39,451 bases of DNA from Holophagae bacterium (GCA_030637505.1 DAOWGJ010000297.1:1-39451), one strand, 5' to 3'; shown: positions 20,108 to 33,677, numbered from the stretch's first letter. Numbers and translations: made by a program. Notes: a model not told the origin generated them from the letters alone.

Positions 20108-21448
20108 TCATTTACCAACACAAAAAGCCGAGAAGACGGCCTCGAGGACATCTTCGTCATCCACCTCGCCCAGCACCTCGTCCAGCACCATCATGCCCGA
20201 CCTAATCTCCAACGCAGCCACCTCTCGCGGCACGAGCAGAACGCCCTCCAGGTATTCACGAGCCCGCACCAGGGCATTGGCGTGGCGGGCGTTGACCGCC
20301 ACCCCGGCCGTTATCGACATCATGGGTTCCGAAACGCGCCGGTGGATCTCCTCCCGCAGCCGGTCCAGTCCTTCGCCGGTGACACAGGAAATGGCCAGGA
20401 TTCCATCCATTCGCTGATTGGCCAGATCTACCTTGCTGACAATGTCCAATCTTCGGTCTCCCACTTCTTGGCTCTGGGGCGCGCCCCCTTCGTCCGCGGC
20501 ATGAAGTGCCAGGATCACATCGGCTCGCGCCTCTTCCTGTTCAGCCCTTCTGATGCCTTCGGCTTCAGCAAGATCTGCCGCCTCCCTCAAGCCTGCCGTG
20601 TCCACGAGAATCACCGGAAGGCCCTCAATCTCAAGGTCGGCCTCGAGTACATCCCGGGTTGTGCCCGGTGCTGCCGTCACAATAGCCCGCTCTCGTGCAA
20701 GAAGGGCGTTGAATAGCGTCGACTTTCCGGAGTTTGGCGGCCCAACGATCACAACACGGGCGCCCTCGCGGACCCTAACACCAACAGCTGTGGTGTCCAG
20801 CAGCGCATCGATTCTTGATACACAGCCCTCGTGGGCCTTTCTGAGCACCTCCTGGTTGACCACGGCGCCCTGTTCCTCAAAGTCCAACGATCCCTCAATT
20901 TCGGCCAAGAAGACAATCAATTCTTCCTTGAGAGCCCCAAACTCACGCGACAAGGCCCCATGAAGCTGTTCCCTGGCCAACCGGGCCTGCCATGCGGTCT
21001 CTGCGTGGACAACCTCGTTGACCGCCTCGGCCTGAACCAGGTCCATCTTGCCGTTGGCAACGGCCCTTCGTGTGAACTCCCCAGGGTTTGCGTGCCGCGC
21101 CCCGGCCGAAATCATGGTCCCCACCACCGCATCGACGATCCATGGGGAGCCGTGGACCATCAGCTCCAACATGTCTTCACCGGTGTAACTTTTCGGCGCC
21201 CGGTAGGGGATCGCGACCGCGGTTTCCAGAAAGCCCCCACTCCTATCACAAAGACGAACTACGGCGGCCCGCCAGGGGGTCTCCATGTCGATCTTTGGAC
21301 ACAGAACCCGCGCCAACCGGCCGGTTTCTGGGCCGCTGACGCGAATCACGGCCAACGCGCAGGCGCCGGCCGCCGTCGCTCGCGCGACGATCGTGTCAGC
21401 GCCGCCCGAGAGGGCGGACGATAATCCGCTTGATGAATCCTTCACCAT
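20108..21448 (-). CDS. mnmE: tRNA modification GTPase MnmE (TrmE)
   Basis: G1 motif GPPNSGKSTLFNALL, DTAGLRE, and the C-terminal FCVGK tetrapeptide. The N-terminal DTIVARATAAG...IRVSGP segment forces a start at ATG 21448 or ATG 21475. Both overlap the 3' end of jag, and neither has an obvious SD. Confidence 0.88.
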   Translation of the reverse strand: MVKDSSSGLSSALSGGADTIVARATAAGACALAVIRVSGPETGRLARVLCPKIDMETPWRAAVVRLCDRSGGFLETAVAIPYRAPKSYTGEDMLELMVHGSPWIVDAVVGTMISAGARHANPGEFTRRAVANGKMDLVQAEAVNEVVHAETAWQARLAREQLHGALSREFGALKEELIVFLAEIEGSLDFEEQGAVVNQEVLRKAHEGCVSRIDALLDTTAVGVRVREGARVVIVGPPNSGKSTLFNALLARERAIVTAAPGTTRDVLEADLEIEGLPVILVDTAGLREAADLAEAEGIRRAEQEEARADVILALHAADEGGAPQSQEVGDRRLDIVSKVDLANQRMDGILAISCVTGEGLDRLREEIHRRVSEPMMSITAGVAVNARHANALVRAREYLEGVLLVPREVAALEIRSGMMVLDEVLGEVDDEDVLEAVFSAFCVGK

Positions 21449-21998
21449 CTGAACATGTTTCAACCGTGGGGTCATCGGCCAAGGCCATATGAATTTCTCG
21501 GCGGGCCGCTGGCGTGTATGGCCCGATCGTCACCGGCCCTCGCTGCTGCGTCGCCTTTTCGGCTGCCGCCTCCGCTTCATCTTGGAGCTTCAGGGCTCTC
21601 CACGCCTTGTAGCCGTCACCGTCGAGGTGGACCGGTACGTGATCTCGAAGCCGCCTATTCAATACGCGGTTACAGAGGTATTGCAGCGCATCCAACCCCT
21701 TGCCAAAACCCGACGTCAACGTCTTGAGGTCACTCCCGCTGAGTTCGCCCACCAAGGCGTCTGTGCCGTCGGACAACCTGACCTGAAGGTCCAACTGCCC
21801 AGCCACGAAGACCTCAGATAGAAACAGCCCCAGCACCGCTATGGGGTCAATCCGCGCTTCGACCGTTACCCCGGCGCCATCCTCTTCGACAATCTCGTAC
21901 TGAATCTCCCCTATATGGGCCCGGAGGCCGGCACACGCTGCCGTCAGGCTTTCGTCCAGGTTCACGCCACAAAAACGATGGTCTACGAGGTCGATCAC
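21396..21998 (-). CDS. jag: Jag/KhpB-type RNA-binding protein (KH + R3H domains)
   Basis: R3H-like region ARREIHMALADDPTVETCSDGEGFIKRIIVRP. Conserved position after yidC. GTGA overlap with the yidC stop. Confidence 0.85.
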   Translation of the reverse strand: MIDLVDHRFCGVNLDESLTAACAGLRAHIGEIQYEIVEEDGAGVTVEARIDPIAVLGLFLSEVFVAGQLDLQVRLSDGTDALVGELSGSDLKTLTSGFGKGLDALQYLCNRVLNRRLRDHVPVHLDGDGYKAWRALKLQDEAEAAAEKATQQRGPVTIGPYTPAARREIHMALADDPTVETCSDGEGFIKRIIVRPLGRR

Positions 21999-23650
21999 TT
22001 CTTCCCCTTCGGCGGCCGCTTGCCGCTCCCTGGTCTTTTTCGTTCACCGACGAGGTGTAGGGTCACCTCTTGTTGGAGTATAGAAACCACATTATTGGTC
22101 AACCAATACAACACCAAGCCGGCAGGGAAGCCGAGGAACATAATTCCAAAGACCAGGGGCATCATGCGCATCATGCGCATCTGATTGGGGTCTCCAGCCT
22201 GAGGCGCCAACCGCTGTTGCAACCACATTGTCGCCGTCATCAACACCGGCGTGATGTACAGCGGGTCTTTCGTGCTGAGGTCCGTGATCCACCAAATAAA
22301 CGGAGTGTGTCTGAGCTCAATCGCGTGTGCAAACAGTGTGTAAAGAGCAAAGAGGATCGGCATTTGTACCAGCATTGGAAGACAGCCGCCAACCGGATTG
22401 ACTCCCTCCTCCTTGTAGAGCGCCATCGTCTCCTGGTTCATTTTCTGCCGAACCTGTGGGTCGCTCTTGTTTTTCTTGTACTTCTCCTGGATTACCTTGA
22501 CCTTCGGCTGAACCTTCTGCATCCGGCGCATTGACACTGTCGACTTGTGCATCAACGGGAAGAGAGCCATACGAATACCGACCGTCAAAAGGACGATGGC
22601 CCAGCCCCAGTTACCGACATAGCCGTAAATCCAACGCAAGATCTTCAAGAAGAACACGGCAATCGGGTGAAAAATCCCAAAATGCAGGGTCTCTTCCAGC
22701 CCCCCGCCTTCTTTCTGCAGGAGTTCGTATTCTTTCGGGGCCGCGAAGAGCTCCCCCTGGAACAGGCCGGTGACTGATTCGAGATCGACGCGGAGGACCG
22801 GCAGCTCGATCTCCTCGCCCTTTTTGTCGGTCTCCTTCAGATTAAGCCCCTCGACCACAATGCGTGAAACGCCCTCTTTGACCCGAAAAACATTGAGGAA
22901 ATACGTATCTTCGAAGCCAACGTACCTCAGCCCGGAGGCGTCGAGCGAAAGGCGCTCTTTCACCTTTTCTCGCCGATACTCTTCCTTGTCCTCGATCGTT
23001 GCAACCGTCACGTCTCCCCAGGTCGCAAAACGATTGGCCCGTTCAACTGCGTCGGTGTCCCGCATGCCCGTCCCTAGACTGAGCACGCTCTCTCCACTAA
23101 ACCCGGTCGCCTCAACGGAAATATTCAGTCCGTAGCCCTCGGCCTCCATTGAATATTCCTTCACGATCGACCGTCCCGCGCCATCGGCCCAGGTGAACAC
23201 CAGGAACCCGGTTTCTTGAGTGACCTCGTACACTCTGTCGTCCAGGGCTCCGTCGATGACCATCTGAAGAGGAAGGGTTCTCTGGGGGTGAACCACCGTC
23301 TGAACCAGGTTCAGGGTCTCCCCGCGGGCATTGTCGAAACCAAGAAGATACAACTTTTCAATCGCGGCGCCCCGTGTATTGAATTCCAGACGCATCACAT
23401 CGTTGCCCAACTCGAGCGTACGCGCCTCTCCAGCGCTCGTCGCCCCGATGAGAGGTTTCGCTACCGTGTCGGCCGTGGGCTCGATGACCTTTATCGCCGT
23501 CTCGTCCAACGGCAGAACCATACCGGGCGTCGCCATCGTTTCAGTGGCCGGCGGACGTATCGGTTTCGGTGGAGGAAAAATAACGGACCATGCGGCAAAA
23601 ATGATGGCTGAAAGCACAAAGGCAATCAGAATTCGCTTTTCCATCGACAT
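21995..23650 (-). CDS. yidC: Membrane protein insertase YidC (long form with periplasmic P1 domain)
   Basis: N-terminal TM helix, a large periplasmic domain, then the conserved core (MRRMQKVQPKVKVIQEKYK, GVNPVGGCLPMLVQMPILFALY, GFPAGLVLYWLTNNVVSILQQ). Confidence 0.95.
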   Translation of the reverse strand: MSMEKRILIAFVLSAIIFAAWSVIFPPPKPIRPPATETMATPGMVLPLDETAIKVIEPTADTVAKPLIGATSAGEARTLELGNDVMRLEFNTRGAAIEKLYLLGFDNARGETLNLVQTVVHPQRTLPLQMVIDGALDDRVYEVTQETGFLVFTWADGAGRSIVKEYSMEAEGYGLNISVEATGFSGESVLSLGTGMRDTDAVERANRFATWGDVTVATIEDKEEYRREKVKERLSLDASGLRYVGFEDTYFLNVFRVKEGVSRIVVEGLNLKETDKKGEEIELPVLRVDLESVTGLFQGELFAAPKEYELLQKEGGGLEETLHFGIFHPIAVFFLKILRWIYGYVGNWGWAIVLLTVGIRMALFPLMHKSTVSMRRMQKVQPKVKVIQEKYKKNKSDPQVRQKMNQETMALYKEEGVNPVGGCLPMLVQMPILFALYTLFAHAIELRHTPFIWWITDLSTKDPLYITPVLMTATMWLQQRLAPQAGDPNQMRMMRMMPLVFGIMFLGFPAGLVLYWLTNNVVSILQQEVTLHLVGERKRPGSGKRPPKGKK

Positions 23651-23680
23651 CGGTCACCTCTTGGTTCCGGTCGGTTCGCC

Positions 23681-24031
23681 CTAGGGTCTCTGTTCTATCT
23701 CTTTTTTAAGGCGGGCCAGACACCGCGCATAGTCGCGCCAGATCTCTTGCCAGGATACCTCAGCACACCCCCGCCTGGCGTTCACCACAACGTCGATGTT
23801 ACCGATTGGCAACCGGTCTCTGTTACATCGATACAACTCCCGAATTCGCCGCTTACACCGATTCCGCGTGACCGCCGGTCCGATTTTCCGCGACGCCGTG
23901 ATACCCAACCGGTTCTTCGCGGTCGGTCCGACTACGGCAAACACCACGACAAACCGGCCGACGACCCGAAAGCCGTTCCGGTAGATCCTCTGAAAATCCG
24001 CCCTCTTCCGAAGACGCCTCGTTCGGGGCAA
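23681..24031 (-). CDS. rnpA: Ribonuclease P protein component
   Basis: Basic protein with LPRTRRLRKRADFQRIY and RLGITASRKIGPAVTRNRCKRRIRE (RNR motif). TTG 24031 is the proposed start; CTG 24046 is an alternative. The upstream part of the 168-aa track ORF is an out-of-frame read-through of rpmH. Confidence 0.8.
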   Translation of the reverse strand: MPRTRRLRKRADFQRIYRNGFRVVGRFVVVFAVVGPTAKNRLGITASRKIGPAVTRNRCKRRIRELYRCNRDRLPIGNIDVVVNARRGCAEVSWQEIWRDYARCLARLKKEIEQRP

Positions 24032-24042
24032 GCCCCGGCCGG

Positions 24043-24177
24043 TCAGGCCGAGACTGTCTTGCGTCCCTTCCTCCGTCGCGAATTGAGGATCTTGCGACCG
24101 TTGCGGGTCCGCATCCGAATGCGAAAGCCGTGTTTTTTCTTTCTTCGCCTGTTGTTCGGCTGGAATGTTCTCTTCAT
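24043..24177 (-). CDS. rpmH: 50S ribosomal protein L34 (44 aa; below the ORF-track cutoff)
   Basis: Hand translation [44 protein letters not shown] matches the universal L34 pattern MKRTFQP...HGFR.RM.T..GR.vl..RR.KGRK. Confidence 0.93.
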   Translation of the reverse strand: MKRTFQPNNRRRKKKHGFRIRMRTRNGRKILNSRRRKGRKTVSA

Positions 24178-24210
24178 AACACATCACACTCCATATACAT
24201 AGGGCGGCAA

Positions 24211-24239
24211 ACCTTAACTCAGGTCCCTTCGGGTGTCAA
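24211..24239 (-). promoter_or_regulatory. Putative rpmH promoter
   Basis: Minus strand reads TTGACA (24234-24239), a 17-nt spacer, then TAAGGT (24211-24216). Confidence 0.35.
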
Positions 24240-24315
24240 GTCCGGCAGGGGCTGGAACGCTGGATTCCTTGGGGTGTGCTCTTCGAACTCGTTGATGGTA
24301 AGCTCTCCGTTAGCT

Positions 24316-25611
24316 ATGAATAGATGGTCCGAACTCCTGCCGCACCTTCGTCAAATGCTCGGCGATGAGGACTATGAAACCTGGGTTGCCCCCCTTGAGG
24401 CTCACGAGGAGACCGCTCGTTCTTGCGTTCTCACCTGCGACAATCCGATCGTGCTCGACTGGATCCGAGATCATCTCATCAATGATCTCGAGGCCGTAGC
24501 CCGGAGTCGGTTCGGTCGTCATTTCCAAATCCGTCTGGGTTCCGTCCAATCCACCATAAACGCAACCCATCCAAATTCCACTAGAAAGATACCCACACTG
24601 CCTCTGACCCCTCATTTTACATTCGACCGCTTCGTGATCGGCCCCTCGAATCAATTTGCCTGTGCCGCCGCAGTCGCTGTTGCCGAACGTCCCGGAGAAA
24701 CCTATAACCCCCTGTTTATTTATGGCGGCTCAGGGCTGGGAAAAACCCACTTGCTTCACGCAATCGCCCACAAGGCAGTCGAAAAGAACCGCGATGTTCG
24801 TGCTGTTTACCTGACCACCGAACAGTTCACCAATGAGTTTATTTTTTGTCTTCAAACCAAAGACCTCGATCTCTTTCGGCAAACCTTCAGAGATGTCGAC
24901 ATCCTCCTCCTCGACGACATTCAATTTATCGGCGGTAAGGAAGCAACCCAACAGGAGTTTTTCCACACTTTCAACACGCTCCAAAGTTCCGGACGACAGG
25001 TTGTTTTCACCTCCGACTGCAGGCCGGCAGACATCAAGGGTCTCGAAGAACGTCTCCGTTCCCGTTTCATGCAGGGGCTTCTCACCGACATTCAACCTCC
25101 GGACCTCGAGACCCGCTGTGCCATTTTGAAGGAAAAGGGACGCGCTCAGGGCTGGGACATTCCCGAAGACGTCGTGCTTTTTATTGCCCGCCAGGTTCAG
25201 AACAATGTCCGTGAATTAGAGGGTTGTCTCAATCGAACTATCGCCTTTTCCCAGCTGAGAAATGCTCCGCTGACAACCGATGTGGTCCGCCAAGCCTTGT
25301 TCGATATTCTCCCTGAAGAGCGAGAAACAACACCTCCCGACATCATTCGATTCGTCGCTCAACATTATGGCATCCGCGTTTCCGACATCAAGGGGCGAAA
25401 CAACCGCCGTTCGATTGCTCTGCCCCGTCAAGTCTCAATGTACTTGATTCGAAACCTCTTAGAGCTGAGCTTTCCGGAAATAGGTCGGCTCTTTTCCAAA
25501 CACCATTCCACGGCAATGTATGCCGTGGAGACCATTGGAAAAATGAGACGTTCTAACCCTGACTTCGACGCGACCCTCACTTCCTTCACGGACCACTTCA
25601 GTGTTTCCTAG
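24316..25611 (+). CDS. dnaA: Chromosomal replication initiator DnaA
   Basis: Domain I MNRWSELLPHLRQMLGDEDYETWVAPL, AAA+ Walker A GGSGLGKTHLLHA, box VII, and the domain IV HTH (FSKHHSTAMYAVE). ATG 24316 is preferred; ATG 24295 is possible. The track ORF start at 24130 overlaps rpmH. Confidence 0.93.
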   Translation: MNRWSELLPHLRQMLGDEDYETWVAPLEAHEETARSCVLTCDNPIVLDWIRDHLINDLEAVARSRFGRHFQIRLGSVQSTINATHPNSTRKIPTLPLTPHFTFDRFVIGPSNQFACAAAVAVAERPGETYNPLFIYGGSGLGKTHLLHAIAHKAVEKNRDVRAVYLTTEQFTNEFIFCLQTKDLDLFRQTFRDVDILLLDDIQFIGGKEATQQEFFHTFNTLQSSGRQVVFTSDCRPADIKGLEERLRSRFMQGLLTDIQPPDLETRCAILKEKGRAQGWDIPEDVVLFIARQVQNNVRELEGCLNRTIAFSQLRNAPLTTDVVRQALFDILPEERETTPPDIIRFVAQHYGIRVSDIKGRNNRRSIALPRQVSMYLIRNLLELSFPEIGRLFSKHHSTAMYAVETIGKMRRSNPDFDATLTSFTDHFSVS

Positions 25612-25871
25612 AGGCCCGGCCAGGCCTCTGATTTTCCACAGGCTCTTGTGGAATCGGTGTGTTTTGCCTGTGGGTCCCTGTGAACCGAGAGACCCATCCA
25701 CATACTTTCACAAGAAAAACACAGGAGAATACACAGGTATTATTGGTCTTATCTCGTTTAGAAAGAATACTTCCATAAGAAACACTACTTTTTCACCTCC
25801 TCGACGATAACGATGACTTATGTTAGTTTTTACACAGATCAAGGTATTGTTCTTCGTCGGAGGAGTCGTCG
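25612..25871. other. Putative oriC: DnaA-box cluster plus AT-rich candidate unwinding element in the dnaA-dnaN spacer
   Basis: Boxes scored against TTATCCACA: TTTTCCACA 25632-25640 (8/9); its inverted partner TGTGGAATC 25647-25655; CCATCCACA 25694-25702 (7/9); TTTTACACA 25828-25836 (7/9). Several weaker xxxxxCACA motifs lie at 25704-25735. The stretch around 25736-25835 is markedly AT-rich compared with the rest of the window. Gene orientation switches at rpmH/dnaA. Confidence 0.6.
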
Positions 25872-26978
25872 ATGGAAGTCAAACTACAGCGTAACCTCGT
25901 CCTCCAGGAGCTTTCAATTCTCCAGGGAGTTGTAGAACACCGAACCACGATTCCAATTTTGGCAAATATTCTCGCCGAGACAGTTGAGGACCGGCTTCGG
26001 TTGGTCGCCACAGATCTTGACCTGACCATTTTGACTGATTGCGCCGCCGCCGTTCATTCTGGAGGACGCGTGACTCTGGAGAGCCGTGTTTTTCAGAACC
26101 TGGTTCGAAACTTGCCGGCGGATGATTTTGTCCTTCGGTTGGATGGAGATTCCGTTGAAATAACCAGTGGCCGATTTCATTCGCGTATGGCCGTCACCGA
26201 TCCTGCCGAGTATCCAACGGTTCCTGAGGTTCCTGATTCCGGCGACTATCAACTCCCGCTGGATCTCTTTCAGTTGATGCTCAAGCGTGTTGATTTTGCT
26301 ATCACCAAGGACGACCCAAAATTTCAGCTCAATGGAGCGTTGGTCAAACTTCTACCGGGTGAGATTGAAATTGCTGCGACCGACGGGCATCGACTGGCGG
26401 TGGTCAGGGCGGCGGTACCGGACGATAATCCTCCATTTGAACAGCAGCTCTTTCCCCGAAAGCTCTTGACAGAGTTCGGACGCTTCTCCGATGAAAGCGT
26501 TCGAATTTCTGTAGGAGAAAACCACATGGGCTTTTGGATGGGGGATAGGACCCTGGTTTCTCGAATTGTCGATCTCCGTTTTCCCCAGTATGAGAGGGTG
26601 ATTGTACGAGATAACCCATTCAGGGCACGTGTCAATAGGCAGGAACTGTTGTCGTCTCTTCGCCGAGTCAGCTTGATGGCGCACGAAAAGGCGCGAGGCG
26701 TTCGATTCCGTTTTGATCCTGCGGCCGGGGAGATGATGCTGATGTCCATGGGATCTGAGAAGGGAAGCGCCGAAGAGATATTGACGATCTCATACCAGGG
26801 TGAACCAATCGACGTGGCGCTCAACGCCGGCTATCTCATGGACGTTCTCCAAGCACTTGATGTTGATGTTATAGAGCTTCAGATGAAGGACGGAAATACG
26901 CAGACGGTGGTTGTGCCGGTTGAGGATGATCCCCGTCTCGAGGAATACATCTACGTTCTGATGCCGATGCGGCAGTAG
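25872..26978 (+). CDS. dnaN: DNA polymerase III beta sliding clamp
   Basis: Length and order (after dnaA) fit. The N-terminal LSILQGVVEHRTTIPILANILAE and the C-terminal YVLMPMR are typical. Confidence 0.93.
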   Translation: MEVKLQRNLVLQELSILQGVVEHRTTIPILANILAETVEDRLRLVATDLDLTILTDCAAAVHSGGRVTLESRVFQNLVRNLPADDFVLRLDGDSVEITSGRFHSRMAVTDPAEYPTVPEVPDSGDYQLPLDLFQLMLKRVDFAITKDDPKFQLNGALVKLLPGEIEIAATDGHRLAVVRAAVPDDNPPFEQQLFPRKLLTEFGRFSDESVRISVGENHMGFWMGDRTLVSRIVDLRFPQYERVIVRDNPFRARVNRQELLSSLRRVSLMAHEKARGVRFRFDPAAGEMMLMSMGSEKGSAEEILTISYQGEPIDVALNAGYLMDVLQALDVDVIELQMKDGNTQTVVVPVEDDPRLEEYIYVLMPMRQ

Positions 26979-27008
26979 AACGCAGGAGCAGCAACGCTAC
27001 CGGCGATC

Positions 27009-30510
<3,502 letters not shown>

Positions 30511-30521
30511 CGGAACGACGC

Positions 30522-33020
30522 ATGAATGAAATTCACGACACGCCGCGAGGGCAACGCGTACCCATCACCATCGAAGAAGAGCTGAAGAACTCGTACCTGG
30601 ATTATGCGATGTCCGTGATCATCGGCCGCGCATTGCCTGATGTCCGGGACGGGCTCAAACCGGTCCACCGTCGAATCCTCTACGGGATGTGGGAAAGCGG
30701 AAGCACCGCCGGCCGGCCCTATAGGAAATCGGCGCGCATCGTTGGTGACGTCATGGGCAAGTACCACCCCCATGGTGATCTCGCAATCTACAACACCGCC
30801 GTCCGAATGGCCCAGACCTTTTCGATGCGTTACACCCTGGTTGACGGCCAGGGAAATTTCGGATCAGTCGACGGAGATGCTGCTGCTGCGATGCGCTATA
30901 CCGAGGTCCGGCTGACCCGGTTGGCGCATCAACTTCTCGGTGACGACATCGACAAGGAAACCGTCGATTGGAGCCCCAATTACGACGGGTCGATGAGTGA
31001 GCCGCGAGTGCTACCGGCCTCCTATCCCAACCTTCTGGTCAACGGGTCCACAGGCATCGCGGTGGGTATGGCGACCAATATTCCCCCCCATAATCTTGGA
31101 GAGATCATTGACGGCGCCGTGGCCGTCTGCCGAAGGCCGGAGGTGTCGTTTGAGGAACTGCTGTCCCTGATTCCCGGGCCGGACTTTCCGACGGCGGGGT
31201 TCATTCATGGTCGTCGAGGCATCGTCGATGCGTATCGGACCGGCAGGGGCAGTCTGCGAATGCGGGCACGCGTTCGCATCGAAGAGGCTGACGGCAAAAA
31301 ACGCCCCCGCATCATCGTTGAAGAGCTGCCCTACCAGGTCAACAAGGCGACCCTGGTCGAAAAAATTGCCAACCTGGTCCACACCAAAAAAATCGATGGC
31401 ATTGCCGACCTCAGAGACGAGAGTGACCGGGACGGGATCCGCGTCGTCATCGAACTCAAGCGGGATGCGATTCCCGAGATCGTCCTCAATCAACTCTACA
31501 AACAGACCCAGATGCAGTCTTCCTTCGGGATCATCCTCCTGGGAATCCTCAATAATCAACCCAAAGTCTTCACCCTGAAAGAGCTTCTTGGCCATTTCAT
31601 CGACCACCGAAAAGAGGTGATCGTTCGGCGCACACAATTCGACCTGGCACGGGCCAGAGAACGCGCCCACCTTCTCGAAGGTCTGGTCATTGCACTGGAT
31701 AACCTCGATGCCGTCATCAAGCTCATCAGGGCGGCGACGGACCCACCGGAGGCCAAGGCAGGCCTCATGGAGCAGTTCGGGCTTTCTGCAGTTCAGGCGC
31801 AGGCGATTCTCGACATGCGGTTGCAGCGCTTGACGGGATTGGAGCGCGACAAGATTCTCGAGGAGTACCGAGAGCTCCAGTCGACGATTGCCCACCTCGA
31901 GGAGATTCTCCAATCCGACGCCTTGATCGAGGACATCGTCGTCGAAGAGTTGGAGGCGGTCAAGGCGGCGCATGGGGATGCTCGGAAAACCGAGATTGTC
32001 GACGACTATTCCGATATTGAAATGGAGGACTTGATCGTCGAAGAGGACATGGTCATCACGGTCACTCGTGGGGGCTATATCAAGCGGACAGCCTTGACTG
32101 AATACCGGGCACAACGGCGGGGCGGACGGGGCAAGGTCGGCATGGCCACCAAAGAAGAAGACGAAATGTGGAAGCTCTTCGTCGCCTCGACACACGCAAC
32201 GATGTTGTTTTTCACCAATACCGGCAGGGTCTTTTCTCGAAAGGTCTACGAGTTGCCGCAGGTCGCGCCCAACGCCAGGGGGCGCGCGATGATCAATCTC
32301 CTCAAACTCGGGAGTGACGAGAGGATCGAAACCCTCTTGGCGGTGCGCAATTTTGACGACAAGGAAGACCAGTACCTCTTCTTCGCCACCCGAATGGGGA
32401 GGGTCAAGCGAACCCCTCTCAGTGACTTCGAAAACATCAGAACCAACGGGCTTCGTGCGGTCACGGTCAACGAGGGAGACGAACTGCTCACGGTTCACCT
32501 GACCGCGGGCAACAGCCATGTGTTCATGGGCACCCATCGAGGGCGGGCGATCCGCTTTCATGAAAACCAGGCACGCTCGATGGGCCGGACCGCCGCTGGT
32601 GTGCGCGGTATAACAATCGGGATCGATGATTGGGTCGAAGAGGTGGCCTCCTTTGAGGCAGAGTCCGAGGCAGATATTCTGGTAGTGACCGATCGAGGCT
32701 TCGGCAAACGAACACCTCTGTCAGAATTCCGGATCCAGGGGCGCGGAGGCAAGGGCATCATCCTTGTCCGCCTGACTGAAAAGAACGGCAAGGTTGCCGG
32801 AATCCGATGTGTCACCGAGGTCGACCAAGTCCTTCTTGTGACCGAAAAGGGTATCGTTATTCGGACCAGGGTCGATGAAATCCGGCAAGCGGGCCGGGCC
32901 ACGCAGGGCGTCAGGGTCATCCGTCTCGATGACGGGGACAGGGTCGTCTCGGTGGCCAAGGTGGTGGATCCGGAGGAGGACGAGGGTGACGACACCGACG
33001 TGATTCCCAGCGAGCCGTGA
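30522..33020 (+). CDS. gyrA: DNA gyrase subunit A
   Basis: [31 protein letters not shown], the QRDR segment [17 protein letters not shown], the active-site Tyr context [10 protein letters not shown], and a C-terminal beta-pinwheel with the GyrA box [10 protein letters not shown]. Confidence 0.97.
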   Translation: MNEIHDTPRGQRVPITIEEELKNSYLDYAMSVIIGRALPDVRDGLKPVHRRILYGMWESGSTAGRPYRKSARIVGDVMGKYHPHGDLAIYNTAVRMAQTFSMRYTLVDGQGNFGSVDGDAAAAMRYTEVRLTRLAHQLLGDDIDKETVDWSPNYDGSMSEPRVLPASYPNLLVNGSTGIAVGMATNIPPHNLGEIIDGAVAVCRRPEVSFEELLSLIPGPDFPTAGFIHGRRGIVDAYRTGRGSLRMRARVRIEEADGKKRPRIIVEELPYQVNKATLVEKIANLVHTKKIDGIADLRDESDRDGIRVVIELKRDAIPEIVLNQLYKQTQMQSSFGIILLGILNNQPKVFTLKELLGHFIDHRKEVIVRRTQFDLARARERAHLLEGLVIALDNLDAVIKLIRAATDPPEAKAGLMEQFGLSAVQAQAILDMRLQRLTGLERDKILEEYRELQSTIAHLEEILQSDALIEDIVVEELEAVKAAHGDARKTEIVDDYSDIEMEDLIVEEDMVITVTRGGYIKRTALTEYRAQRRGGRGKVGMATKEEDEMWKLFVASTHATMLFFTNTGRVFSRKVYELPQVAPNARGRAMINLLKLGSDERIETLLAVRNFDDKEDQYLFFATRMGRVKRTPLSDFENIRTNGLRAVTVNEGDELLTVHLTAGNSHVFMGTHRGRAIRFHENQARSMGRTAAGVRGITIGIDDWVEEVASFEAESEADILVVTDRGFGKRTPLSEFRIQGRGGKGIILVRLTEKNGKVAGIRCVTEVDQVLLVTEKGIVIRTRVDEIRQAGRATQGVRVIRLDDGDRVVSVAKVVDPEEDEGDDTDVIPSEP

Positions 33021-33036
33021 GGATTTCTCAATCAGC

Positions 33037-33600
33037 GTGACGCAGCAGTTCACCGTTGAACCCAAGCCGATACGCGCTACGGCGTTACTCCACCAGGAGG
33101 GCATCTTGGCGGTTGTGGCTTTTGTCGGGCTCTTTTTCCGGGACCGGGCGGTGTTGACGGCTTTCCTGCCGCCCACCCCTTGGATTGAGTCACTCGGCGC
33201 CGGCGTCATCACCGGAGCTTTCGCTCTGGCGATTATGGGTGGTCTTCTGGTGATCCCGGCCGTCAGGGACCTCCAGCGATGGCAGGCCGGCATGATCCAG
33301 GGGTGGACCGTCGTCGATGCCGTGGCGGTCGCGGTCTTCTCGGGTTTGGCCGAAGAAGCTCTGATCAGGGTGCTGCTTCAGCCATGGATCGGTTTGGTGG
33401 CTGCCGCGATTCTCTTCGCCCTGTTGCACATAGTCCCTGATCGTCGTCTCTGGGTGTGGCCGGTGTTCGCTCTGGCTCTTGGTTTGGTGTTCGGATTGGT
33501 CTATGAAGGGTGGGGATATCCGGCGGCGGCGACGGCCCACATAGTCGTCAACATGGTCTCTCTCCTTCTCCTTCGCCGACGCACCACCAAGAAAATATAA
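33037..33600 (+). CDS. CPBP-family intramembrane glutamic endopeptidase (CAAX protease/Abi fold)
   Basis: Motif 1 EEALIR, motif 2 FALLH, motif 3 AHIVVN, all within hydrophobic helices. GTG start. Confidence 0.75.
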   Translation: MTQQFTVEPKPIRATALLHQEGILAVVAFVGLFFRDRAVLTAFLPPTPWIESLGAGVITGAFALAIMGGLLVIPAVRDLQRWQAGMIQGWTVVDAVAVAVFSGLAEEALIRVLLQPWIGLVAAAILFALLHIVPDRRLWVWPVFALALGLVFGLVYEGWGYPAAATAHIVVNMVSLLLLRRRTTKKI

Positions 33601-33677
33601 ACAAAAGACGAGTCCGGAACAACCGATGACTGACTGGAGCAGCCGTGGGTGTACAATGCCGCGGTTCGGAGGATGAG

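Noticed and set aside
23651-23680. Expected yidD (membrane protein insertion efficiency factor) between rnpA and yidC.
   Set aside because: Only 30 nt separate the two genes, and no overlapping frame shows the CRF.P.CS motif. yidD is not in this locus.
24032-24187. N-terminal extension of the 168-aa rnpA track ORF ([18 protein letters not shown]...).
   Set aside because: This stretch is rpmH read in another frame. RNase P proteins are about 115-120 aa and start near LPRTRRLRK.
24130-24315. N-terminal 62-aa extension of the dnaA track ORF.
   Set aside because: It overlaps rpmH on the opposite strand and the rpmH promoter region. The conserved DnaA domain I begins at MNRWSELL (ATG 24316).
24178-24315. 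The rpmH-dnaA spacer as an alternative or second oriC module.
   Set aside because: I could not find DnaA-box matches of 7/9 or better, or an AT-rich tract, there. It does contain a plausible rpmH promoter.
24288-24321. TTGATG-N17-TATGAA promoter-like pattern overlapping the dnaA start codon.
   Set aside because: It would place the TSS inside the conserved DnaA N-terminal helix (WSELLPHLRQML), so it is treated as fortuitous.
31011-32561. 516-aa ORF on the minus strand, antisense to gyrA.
   Set aside because: It lies entirely inside a highly conserved, confidently called gene. Its translation is R/P/G/D-rich low-complexity sequence with no recognisable motif and no SD. Long stop-free antisense frames are expected in GC-rich coding DNA.
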